Shown in pieces: positions 14,501-24,838 of a DNA stretch of 64,000 bases. Each line of letters starts with the position of its first letter. Within the stretch, counting starts at the first letter, position 1. Source of the DNA: Octopus sinensis (taxonomy: Eukaryota); assembly GCF_006345805.1 (NCBI RefSeq), contig NC_043005.1, positions 23,870,001 to 23,934,000 on the forward strand, in the 5' to 3' direction. The notes beneath the pieces were generated by a model, which did not search any database, had not been told where the DNA came from, and saw only the letters and a program-made list of their open reading frames with translations. The translations under genes were made by a program, and so were the position numbers.

Positions 14501-15029
14501 CGGGACCTATGGACAACTTCCAGAGATCCCTGGCCTGGCGGTGCTACCGAGAAGCGCTACCCGTTCGGGATAAGCTCTATAGGCATGGCTCGAGAAAAAC
14601 GGGGCCGACCTGCCCGAGATGCGGGCAGAGCGACGAAACCGCTCTGCACGCAATCGTGCAGTGTCCAGCAATTTCCCACCTGTGGGCTTATGTCGAACGA
14701 CTGCTGTCACGTGTGGGACGTGTCGGTTTATCCGCCGAGTCTATCGTTAATATCGTCACGCCTCCTTCCTTCAAACGGGAAGGAAGAGCTATTTTTATCA
14801 TACTTGTGGCTATGGCGAAAGAATGTATCTGGTGGACGCGTCTGAAAGGATTAGAGACAAACACTTTCCTCTCTGGTCAATCTCTCATCAACTTCTTCAA
14901 GTATCACTTGAAGAAAAAAGTGAGAGTAGAGAGGCAAGTTTTGTCTAGTGAATGTTTTAAAAAAGATGGGTGAATGTAGCAAGGATGGCACGTATGAATG
15001 ACGAAGCCACCTTGACTATGATTCTATGA
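11597..15029 (+). pseudogene. ORF2: APE endonuclease, reverse transcriptase and C-terminal CCHC finger (frameshifted)
   Basis: APE motifs NACGL, IIAISETR, VYAP, GDWN, SYLDRI. RT motifs KSPGLDG, FRPITLLNADLKI, LDQPKAFDRV, RQGC, YADD. C-terminal CPRCGQSDETALHAIVQC. Confidence 0.95.
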
Positions 15030-16404
15030 ACCGTAAAAATTAATACAGAGATTTGCTTATTTGCAAAAAAAAAAAAAGAAATATAACATGTGACTTCATT
15101 GACCGAGGTTACCGTGGTCTTTTCCGTAGGCTTTTTCCACGGGTAAACCTCACCTGTCCTCCCTTTTTACACTTCATATTGACATTTCTGTGATAACGAT
15201 CCCTATTGATCAATTTTTTTTCCTCTCCCCTTTTTTTTAACCCCTTTTTTTGTCCTCTTTCTCTCCTTTTACGATCCCTTTTGATCGACCCCCTTTTTTT
15301 TTTTATTTTATTTTTATTTTTTATTTTATTATTATTATTATTATTATTATTTTTTTTTTTTTAAACCTTCAAAAGAAAAGCTCTACCTTGTAATTTGTTC
15401 TATCTGTGTGCAGCCCCGTGTGGCTAATAAAGAAACATATCTATCTATCTACCTACATATGTACGGAGTGAGCGAGTGAGAGAGAAAGTGAGAGAGAGAA
15501 AGAAAGAGAGCGTGGGAGAGAGAGATGTTTTCAATGGGTAGTCCAATGATTTAACGTGTAGGAAAAAGTGATAAATATACTTGTTTCTCAAATTATTATC
15601 TTGATACTATTAGATCTAAATTTAATGTTTCATATTTTCTTCTACATTTGCATCTATAAAGCTCTCTCTGCATGATTGTATTTCATAAATATAGAGTTCC
15701 AGATAGTCAAGTCATTGTCTTATTTATAAATAGTATATTCAAGTTATTGTCTTCATTCAAAATCAACTAAAGAGAGTCGTAGCAAAAAAAGAAAGAGAAA
15801 AGCAGAAAGGTAAAAACGTGAATTGTGCAATTCTACACCCTCTCATCTCTACCTCTCTGTTTTCTCTTTCACTCTTAACCATTCCCTCTTTACTTGATTT
15901 GGAATGAAGACAATTGCATGAATATACTATTTATAAATAATGTAATGAATTGGCTATCTATTATTCTGTGCTGATAAAACACGGTCATGCAGAAACATGT
16001 CTATAGATACAGATATGGAAGAAAATAGGAAATAATAAATAAATTTATATTTAATTGTGTAAAGATAATAATCTGAGAAAAATGAATATTTTTTTTGTTA
16101 CTTTACGTGCTTTTTTTCTCCTACTCGAAAAATGGAAGGACCCAAACAACAATAAATCCGATGAGAAAGAAATGAAGGACGGCTTTTACAAAGAAGAAAA
16201 AAATTAGATAAAGAGGAATTGAAACACTTGACAAAGGTCATAAGAAGTACAATGAAAAATATAAATCTAGGTTATGAATTTTATATGAAAAGAACTTATG
16301 CATGTGCAGCCGTCTTACCTCCAGGACAGACAAATACTGAAAAATAAGTTGATACGAAGAAAAGTCAGAAAGAGGAAAAATTCACATGGCATCAATGTGC
16401 ATAT

Positions 16405-16465
<61 letters not shown>

Positions 16466-16474
16466 ACACCAAAT

Positions 16475-16750
16475 ATTACTATGGCACTCCGTCGGTTGCG
16501 ACGACGAGGGCTCCATTTGATCCAATCAACGGAACAGCCTGCTCGTGAAATTAACGTGGTACATCAGAAACAGGAAGAAAGAGAGAAAGTTGTGGTGAAA
16601 GAGTATACAGCAGGGTTCGCCCCCCCAACCCCCTGCCGGAGCAACATGGAGATTTAAGTGTTTTCACTCAATAAACACTCCCAACGCCCGGTCTGGAAAA
16701 CGAAACCGCGATCCTACGACCACGAGTTCGTTGCCCTAATCACTCCACAC
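16475..16750 (-). mobile_element. tRNA-derived SINE family D, internally deleted
   Basis: Reverse complement of the 57266-57647 element: head ...GGTCGTAGGATCGCGGTTTCG...CCAGACCGGGCGTTG and tail TCAACGGAAC..CCTCGTCGTCGCAACCGACGGAGT. Confidence 0.75.
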
Positions 16751-16919
16751 ACATGTACCGTTATCGTAATTCTTAGCTTGAATAAGCATCAGCGTGAGAG
16801 TGGGTGACAAAGGTGTATCTTTTGAATAACAATTGCAAAACACCAAAGGTCTTCTGTTCAGTTTTCGCTTGAAAACTGTGATGGTCGACATGAGTCTTGC
16901 GAAGCGAACTTCTAATAAC

Positions 16920-16990
<71 letters not shown>

Positions 16991-17109
16991 CACACACACA
17001 CACACACACACGCACGCACACACGCACACATGGTTCTTCAGGCTAGCAAAAATAAAATATCATTCCTCCATTTCGGCATACTTATTATTTGATATCTCCT
17101 GAATAAGGA

Positions 17110-17650
17110 ACTAATTTTTGCCAGGAAATTCTTAAAATCTCCAATATCGAAATTTATTCTATTACCACTACTAGGCGTACCCTGATAAGGTTCCAAGATG
17201 AATTATTGTCCAAAATAATGAATTTGATGTTACTATAGGCTCATCAGATTCTGCCCAGACTACCGATTTTGTGGGGCTGTACCTTTTATATGAACACCAC
17301 AAATACTTCTCATATGTTGGTTGAGGTCTGTACCGCGAAGAAACATTCCTTACTGTTGTTCACCACTCATCTTCACCCCTAGAAAGATTAAGGAAGAATT
17401 CATACTAATTTTTCAAAACTTTAGCCAATCTTGTTCGGAAAGGAAATTAGCACTGTAAATTTTCTAGTCCTAATCTTAGATTTAATCTCACAATCACATC
17501 ACACCTACCGTAAGTCAAATAAGGACTTACAATAAGTCCATAAGCACTTTGACCATCCACTTTCAGACAAAAACAGCATAGTTAAGCATATATACATTAC
17601 AATCGCTAAACTTTCCTCGAACCACAAGATATTCTAACATAATGCAGAAT
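17110..17650 (+). mobile_element. Penelope-like RT fragment (degraded)
   Basis: FDVTIGSSDSAQTTDFVGLYLL...GLYREE and VNFLVLILDL...TYRKSNKDLQ*VHKHFDHP resemble the Penelope RT motifs FDVTMGSxDGAE..LVGL, GLYRDD and VNFLD...YRKPN...SNHP. Confidence 0.75.
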
Positions 17651-17716
17651 ATTACAGTGAACATTATTTACATTATTTACATTTGACGGATATTTGCCCT
17701 CATCTTGTTTCTTATT

Positions 17717-17761
17717 AACACAACGTTTCGGCTGATATACCCTCCAGCCTTCATCAGGTGC
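17717..17761 (-). ncRNA. Minimal type-I hammerhead ribozyme motif (Penelope pLTR type)
   Basis: RNA reads GCAC-CUGAUGA-A-GGCUG-gaggguauau-CAGCC-GAAA-C-GUU-GUGUU: intact core, 5-bp stem II, palindromic AACGUU stem III, stem I GCAC/GUGU. Confidence 0.7.
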
Positions 17762-17828
17762 ATATGGCGTAGTGGTTATGAGCGCGGGCTACTAACCACA
17801 AGATTCCGAGTTCGATTCCAAGCAGTGA

Positions 17829-17873
<45 letters not shown>

Positions 17874-18045
17874 TAATAACAACAACAACAACAACAAGAG
17901 CAACAGCAACAACAACAACAACAACAACAGCTGAAACGTTATGTTAACCACAAACAAGATGAGAACAAATATCCGTCAAATGTAAATAATGTAAATAATG
18001 TACATAATTCCTCATCTTTTTAATATGGAACTGTATTAAAATGAA
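17761..18045 (+). mobile_element. tRNA-headed element with (AAT)n/(AAC)n linker followed by a Penelope pLTR-like tail
   Basis: A-box TGGCGTAGTGG and B-box GAGTTCGATTCC at 17766-17820. After the microsatellite, CAGCTGAAACGTTATGTTAAC...ATATCCGTCAAATGTAAATAATG is the inverted copy of 17655-17735 and 38595-38710. Confidence 0.7.
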
Positions 18046-18310
18046 GTCCTTAAACAAAGTGATTATGATCAAGCGATATCATGCCACAATAGCACATAAC
18101 TTAAGCTGTCTGTTTGCATTTAAAATCAGACGAGTAAGATTTAAATACGACCTACGGATCTTTAAAAACTTAGCAATTAGCCATTAAGAAGGATTCCAAC
18201 TACTAAATATATCTGATACATCTGCTAAACTTCATAAGTTTGGAAGTAGATTAGCTAACCATACAGGTGATAGCAACTATAATCTAAGATCGAATAACAG
18301 GGAAAGTAAA
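18045..18310 (+). mobile_element. Possible CR1/L2-type LINE C-terminal fragment
   Basis: DYDQ...LSCLFAFKIRRVRFKYDLRIFK resembles the Y..R...L.L..L..RR.R.DL motif; degenerate. Confidence 0.35.
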
Positions 18311-19154
18311 AGCCTATCTATCTATCTATCTATCTGTCTGCCTGTCTGTCTGTCTGTAGACCTTGAATAGTAGTGAACTACGGACAGTGTTGATAGAATA
18401 GGATATGAGGTGTTTACCTCAAGTGCAAATTTAGTCACTAGATAATGTTGTTGGTAATGACGATGATGTAAATACAAACGCATGAATCTTTTTATGCATG
18501 CATGTATATTTTTGCCTGTAAACGCATGTATCTATGTATGAGTTGGTCTTGATCTCACGACTCCCAAAAGAGTCGTGAGGGTGCCATTGTGCTAAACATC
18601 GTATCGTGTATATTTAGACAAGGCGAATCTCCTTTTCACCTGTTCAAATCATAGCCAAATAATTCCAGAAAGTGAGACAGACAGTGAAGAAGAATGAGAG
18701 AGAGGAAGAGAGAGAGAGAGAGAGAGCGGGAGAGAGAGGGAGAGATAATTTTCACCCTCTCACACAACTTCTCACACGAGGAATTCTCCTCGGTCCACAT
18801 AGTCACTCCTCACACTTTCGCGTCATTATTTCTTTACTCCTCCAAACATCAACACCATTTTCTTTTTCTCGTTCTCAAAAGAAGAAGAACAAGAAACGTT
18901 AAATACTATTTATCCATGAACTCTTCTATAAACCCTCCTACAAAATACAACAGACTTGGTATTGTAGTTGAGGGTCACTCAAAAAAACGTGCCCTGCTTT
19001 GGAAGCCACTATGGCAGAGAACAAATATACAATTGTGTACGCACACAAGAGTCTGGAAATTCATTACCCAAAGTATGTGTTCAGTGTTAAACCTATTGCT
19101 GGAACGACAAAATACTTGACAATAGACCTAACAGAACATAAATGCATCCAGAAA

Positions 19155-19450
19155 CATAAGTAACTCCGCGCTCACAATCATGAATTAATGAGTTCGACTC
19201 CTGGACCTGGCTGTGTGGTGTTCTTGAGCAGGACACTTCATTTCACATAGCCCCTGTTCACTCAGTTGTATAAATGAGTTGTAACATCACAGGTGCCAAG
19301 CTGTATCGGCATGTGCCTTTCCTTTGGATAATGTCGGTGGCTTGGAGAGGTGAGGCTGGTAAGCATAGGTGACTGCTGGTCGTCCATAAGCAACCTTGCC
19401 CAGAGGGTAACTTTCTAGGGGCAATCACATGGTTATTTATGACCGAAGGG
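19155..19450 (+). mobile_element. tRNA-derived SINE family A
   Basis: GAGTTCGACTCC B-box, GTGTTCTTGAGCAGGACACTTCATTTCAC core; homologous to 1-191 (-) and 57805-58000. Confidence 0.75.
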
Positions 19451-19662
19451 GGTCCTCATAGATGATTCTCATAACGAAGAAGATATAAATTCAGAAGATC
19501 TTAAGATATAAAGAAAGAATAGGGAGGGAAGCGTTGAAGAAGTAACACAAAGAACGAACTAAGAATGAATATATGCATCATTGTACGTTATTACCTATGC
19601 ACATATACACGTTTAGATAATGTGTCTATAAGTTTGTGTAGGCGTATCTGTAAATATATATA

Positions 19663-19714
<52 letters not shown>

Positions 19715-19752
19715 TATATATATATGTATGTATATGTATATATATGTTTATA

Positions 19753-19805
<53 letters not shown>

Positions 19806-19810
19806 GTTTA

Positions 19811-19881
<71 letters not shown>

Positions 19882-20245
19882 CATACCATAAGGAACTGTA
19901 TAGATACACACGCAGGGAAACGCATATCCACTTGTATATATACAGTGTATATATATTTACACAGACACATGTACAAACACAAGCACATATGTAACCATTT
20001 GTAAGTGGCCTGTATTCAACTGCGCGCGTGTATCTTGAGTACACGTGCGTGTGTGTATATGTGTGTATATGTGTGTATTTTCACGTCGATGCTTCATTAA
20101 AAGCGATTATTTGATTTGGCAGCTATATCTGCTTTTTATGGTTCTCTTCACAATAGATATTTTACTCCTTACATATCTACAATTGCGCGCGCGCACACAC
20201 ACATGCATGTGTGTTTGTTGCTTTACATTTGTACATATGTGCGTG

Positions 20246-20282
<37 letters not shown>

Positions 20283-20287
20283 TTATC

Positions 20288-20318
<31 letters not shown>

Positions 20319-20418
20319 CTATCTCTACCTGCGTAATTGTGTATGTATGTATGTATGTATGTATGTATGTATGTATGTATGTATGTATGTATGTATCTAT
20401 GTATGTATGTATATATAT

Positions 20419-20478
<60 letters not shown>

Positions 20479-20479
20479 A

Positions 20480-20693
20480 GAGCGGTGAGCTGCAGAAGCA
20501 TTACAGCGCCAGAAAAAAGCTTAGTACCATTCCTTCCGAGATAACGCTCTGAATTCAAATTTCCCTGAGGTCGACTTTGCCCTTCATCCTTTCGGCGTCG
20601 ATAAAATAAGTACCAGTTGAACAATGGGGTCAATGTAATCGACTTGCACCCTGTCACACAATTTCTGGCCTCGTGCCAGAATTTGAAACCAAT
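20480..20693 (+). mobile_element. SINE family C (central domain resembling Nin/Deu-type SINE domains)
   Basis: GAGGTCGACTTTGCCCTTCATCCTTTCGGCGTCGATAAAATAAGTACCAG; a second copy lies at 48168-48372 (-). The domain name is from memory, not from an alignment. Confidence 0.7.
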
Positions 20694-21498
20694 ATATGCA
20701 TACATATACATTTAAGATATAAGCATATATTATGATATAAGCATATATATAAGCATATATTATGCGCTCGGAGCTTAATAGAATGCAAGGAGTATCTCTG
20801 TTTTAGGAAACTGATAAAATGCAAATATATCAAGAAATATGAAAGCAACAATAGCAAAAACATAGAAATTCTAGTGTTACTTTTGGAAATATTTATTAGA
20901 TCCTTATATTTCGAGTAAAGTACTCCTTGTCGACGAATAACTCATAGAGAATAATTATAGTGAGAATTTTAAACATCTGTTCGATGAAATATTTTACACG
21001 TACTAAAATTCTGAGGAATTTGGGTAAGATCTCATCCTCAACGATTGTCAAAGTACTTGTGGTTGTAGTAGAGTCATTGTAGCGGTCATAGTATAAGTAG
21101 TGGTCAACGAACATTAGCCGGTTAAACAGGTGCTCTAGCCACTTCATTACATGCCTATTCACTTCAAATCCATCTTGTTTGATTTATATTTGTTGAACTA
21201 ATGTATATTATCGTTTGTATACATTCCTTGTTTATTTTAAAATCTGGCTTACTTTCACATCACAAAATATAACGACAGTGAATTCAAATAGCAACTGTTT
21301 TTTTATATGCGTTTCAGCCATTTCTTTAAAATGTATTGAAATGGAGATGAACATTTCACTTGCTGCTTCACTAATATTACTTGATCGATTATTTTATTTT
21401 TCGAACAATTACATTTTCTATCCGCTTCTTTTTGAGTACATCTTTCAACTATTATGCTTTCGATCATTGTTTTCTGAGGGATGTTTCTAGATCTATAT

Positions 21499-21550
<52 letters not shown>

Positions 21551-21676
21551 ACACACACAGACACAGACACAGACACAGACACACACACACACACATGCAT
21601 ATATACACATCTCTTTCTCTCTATCTCTCTCTCTCTCTCTCAATCTCTCTCTATATCTCTCTATTTCTATCTATCT

Positions 21677-22391
21677 GTTGCGTTGAGGGTTATTGACACT
21701 CCTGGCGGATTGGAGAATGGACTAGCCGAACTCTTATAAAGAGTAGTAGTCGGTAGTAGTAGAGAGAGCGTATGACCTCCATCCCACACCCACCCGGCTC
21801 TCACCCACACCTACTCTACCCCAACCTCTCCCTACAGACACCAACCCTCTCCATGCCCCACCTGACACAAAGACAAGCACAAGCACACAGGAACCCCAAA
21901 CTTCTTCACCCTTGCCCTGTGAGAAAAAATGTGTTACACTGTACACCAGACGAAATAAAATTCAAAAAAACAACAACTTCATAATGAGATCAACTCGTGG
22001 GACAGAGCGATAAAAGTGTCTATAACAGATTTTCGGGGGATTGCCCGAGTACCTTCAGTGTGCGGTAGCAGACCCAGAGAATAACGGATTATGAGGAGGA
22101 CTTTGAGTAGTGGGTCAAGAAGATGGAAAACAGCTCAGTATCAGAATGAATAAGCTACCTTAAACTTTTAAAGAAATTTAACATAGACATCTTAGGAAAG
22201 ATGAAAGTTAACGGTTACAAATAATGTTTTAAAAAGTTGTATTAAATAGGTTTAATGAAGTCGCTCGGAGGTGGGGCCCAACGGCCCCATTTTATTCATT
22301 TTATCTAATTCATCCTTTCTATCTGTCTTTTTTCTGTCCCTATCATGTGCTGTCCCCTTGGTGTTAGGCCCTGTGTGGCCAATAGAAGAAA
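21677..22391 (+). mobile_element. ORF1-only Tx1-related element, unit 1 (5'-truncated)
   Basis: P/T-rich ORF1 tail, stop at 22222-22224, 167-bp 3' UTR ending GGCCCTGTGTGGCCAATAGAAGAAA. No ORF2 sequence. Starts right after TTTCTATCTATCT. Confidence 0.65.
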
Positions 22392-23300
22392 GTGAGCGTT
22401 TTAATAATCGTCTTGTTGATTGCTGTTGAACTGCTGTCTTTGTGTGGAACATGTGTGTTTTGCCGTCTTGCAGTTGTACTGTTAGATGTCTTCTCTAGCA
22501 GCTGACACACTGCTGGGCACGGAAGAGAAGGTAGTGGTCATCCAGACCACCAGAACACCCTATAAGAACTGGCAAAGTCAGAGTCTAGATATGATAATCC
22601 AGGTGGCCCCGGAAGACCTTGAAAATATGGACGAGACCATCACGGTCGAAGAGGTGACACTCAGGGTCAGAGTAGAAGGCAGGATAACGCGATGCTATAA
22701 ATGTGGCCTGAAAGTCTACATTAGAGCGGACTATCTTCCGACAACCGTGAAGACTAAAGATACACACTAGAGCAGGAAGGAAATTGCAACTTCACCGCCG
22801 ACCATAACCAGTACCAGCGCCGAAGAAGAGGAGGTGAACGATGAAAAGAACGGATAGGAAACGGATGCATAAAAAAGAAGAAAGAGGAAAAAAGCTCATT
22901 TTGTAAATGATGACTCCCATCTCACACCCACCCGACTCACACCAACACCCATACCCACCTGACTCACACCCCCACACACCCGACTCACACCAACACCCAC
23001 TCTACCCCAACCTCCTCTACAGACACCAAACCTTTCCATACTCCACCTGACACAAAAGACAAGTGCAAGCATACAGGAGCCCAAAACTTCCCCACCTTTA
23101 CCCTGTGACAAAAAGTATGTTATACTGTACAACGGACAAAATGAAAAACGTTCTAATGAGATAGACCCGTGGGACAGAGCGGTAAAGATAAATACAACAG
23201 AAGTTAGGGGATTGCCCGGTGGCAGACCCAGAGTATCTTTCGAGAGTAAAGAATTATGAGGGGAATTTTGAGTGGGGGGGTCGAGAAAATGGACACCAGC
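22392..23300 (+). mobile_element. ORF1-only Tx1-related element, unit 2 (5' end present, 3' end replaced)
   Basis: ORF 22486-22770 ends in ...EDLENMDETITVEEVTLRVRVEGRITRCYKCGLKVYIRADY (degenerate knuckle). 22915-23300 is homologous to 21775-22135. Confidence 0.65.
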
Positions 23301-24332
23301 ACACTACCAGAACAGAGGCCGAGGTGTTGCAGCTGTGGACATTTGGGACACATAGGGGCCAAGTGCTTCCCCCCTGTAGAGGGACCAAAGGAGGATTCAG
23401 TGGAGACCGTGTCTCCGACAGTCGTAACAATGGGAACTGAGAGACATGGAAGCAGGAGACCAGGAATGCAAGAGGAAGAATCGACAGAACGGACAGAGTT
23501 GGGCAGGAAGAGGAGGAAAGGAAGGAAGCAGCAAACCAGCAAGGAGGAGCCCCAACCGATTCCTGTTCCTCCCCTCCCGCTCCACACTCCAAGCCCTCTC
23601 CCACTCGCAGACACCAGTCCTCTCCTTGCCCCACCAAACATGAACACAAATAGTGCAAACACGCAAGAGCCACAGGTTCCCAATCCCCACCACAAAGAGG
23701 AGTAGCTTATCGTTTTGTACAACAGTGAAGGAGGAGGTTGAGATGGTGAACTCTGATATGGAGGTGGACCTGAAGGATTGTGAGGGGTTGCACCTGAGTA
23801 TAAGCTGTTCCCTCATGATGAAGGAGAATTATCACAGGTTGACGGACAAGTACAGGAGAGATGTCTACTACACGGGAAGGGACGTCGACCTGAACTCGTT
23901 GCAGCCTGACGTAGGATTGAGTGAAATTTTCCCAGAAACAATAGGAAAGAAGTGTGGTTGTAGCCTTGAAGTTTTGACTCAGTTTGAACAGTGATTACCA
24001 CAGCAATAAGTTATGTTTTGGAGTTGTGTACAAGGAAAAAAAAAGAAAAAAGAGAATGTTTTTGCGTTTAATGGTATCTAACATAAAACTATAATTCTTA
24101 TCATAGAATTTTGACTGTGCAGATGATGTTTTAGAAGGAAAAAAGTGGGGGGGGGGGCAATTTGATGTGTTGTAAAGAGGGATTCAGTGAAACTGCCCGG
24201 TCGTGGGGTCAAGTGGCATTCATTTCATTTTTCATTTTTCAATCCCACCCTTTCCATTCGTTTTCTTTTTTCTCCCTACTTTGTCCTTGTTTGTCCCCTC
24301 TATGTTAGACTCTGTGAGGCCAAATAAAGAAA
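23300..24332 (+). mobile_element. ORF1-only Tx1-related element, unit 3
   Basis: Intact knuckle RPRCCSCGHLGHIGAKC, charged and P-rich linker, stop at 23992-23994, 3' UTR ending GACTCTGTGAGGCCAAATAAAGAAA. No ORF2. Confidence 0.7.
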
Positions 24333-24777
24333 TTGAGCGTTTTGGTAGTCTGGCGAAGTACATCGTGTGAACATGTGATTAAACCTTCGCTCCATAATTT
24401 ATCTATACCAACCTGTGGGAGAATATAATATTATCTACCTATCTGTATATATTTTGATCGAGTTGGTCTCTTGCTGAAGTTGCACTGTTTCAGCCGTAAG
24501 TACACAGGATCTTCAGGCAAGTTAATTGCACTGAAGGTCTAGTGTACCTACTGACGAAACGACGAGTAGGAAGAGGATTCGAACAAAACAAGATATATTA
24601 TTAATCTCTTCTATGGTATTGAGCACTCTTTCTTCCGGCAGCTCTCACTAAACGGATATGCCTATATATATATATATATGTAATTTAGATTCAGATGAAT
24701 ATGGTACTTACGTTGAGGCACCAGAATTTAGTATGGTATTATCCATACAATTTCAAAATAAGGTAATAAAAATCAAA

Positions 24778-24838
24778 ATAAGCAACAAGGATATCCAGAG
24801 ATAATGCAGCATTACCTCTGGATATCCTTGTTTCTTAT
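24778..24838. repeat. 61-bp near-perfect palindrome
   Basis: ATAAGCAACAAGGATATCCAGAGATAATGC-A-GCATTACCTCTGGATATCCTTGTTTCTTAT: 30-bp arms, 2 mismatches, 1-nt spacer. Confidence 0.9.

Larger units (their letters stand above)
10615..15436 (+). mobile_element. 5'-truncated L1/Tx1-clade non-LTR retrotransposon inserted in (CTAT)n
   Basis: ORF1 remnant with a CCHC knuckle, APE-RT ORF2, pyrimidine-rich 3' UTR ending GCCCCGTGTGGCTAATAAAGAAAC. TATCTATCTATCT lies on both sides (10602-10614 and 15438-15450). Confidence 0.95.

Noticed and set aside
18554-18579. 10-bp perfect hairpin CTCACGACTC/GAGTCGTGAG as a Helitron end or terminator
   Set aside because: No CTAG at the expected distance and no associated element.
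24545-24575. CTGACGAAAC as a hammerhead core; similar partial motifs at about 2230, 29785, 36690, 47500 and 53085
   Set aside because: Each lacks a complete stem II plus GAAA plus stem I arrangement. They may be decayed pLTRs but cannot be supported.
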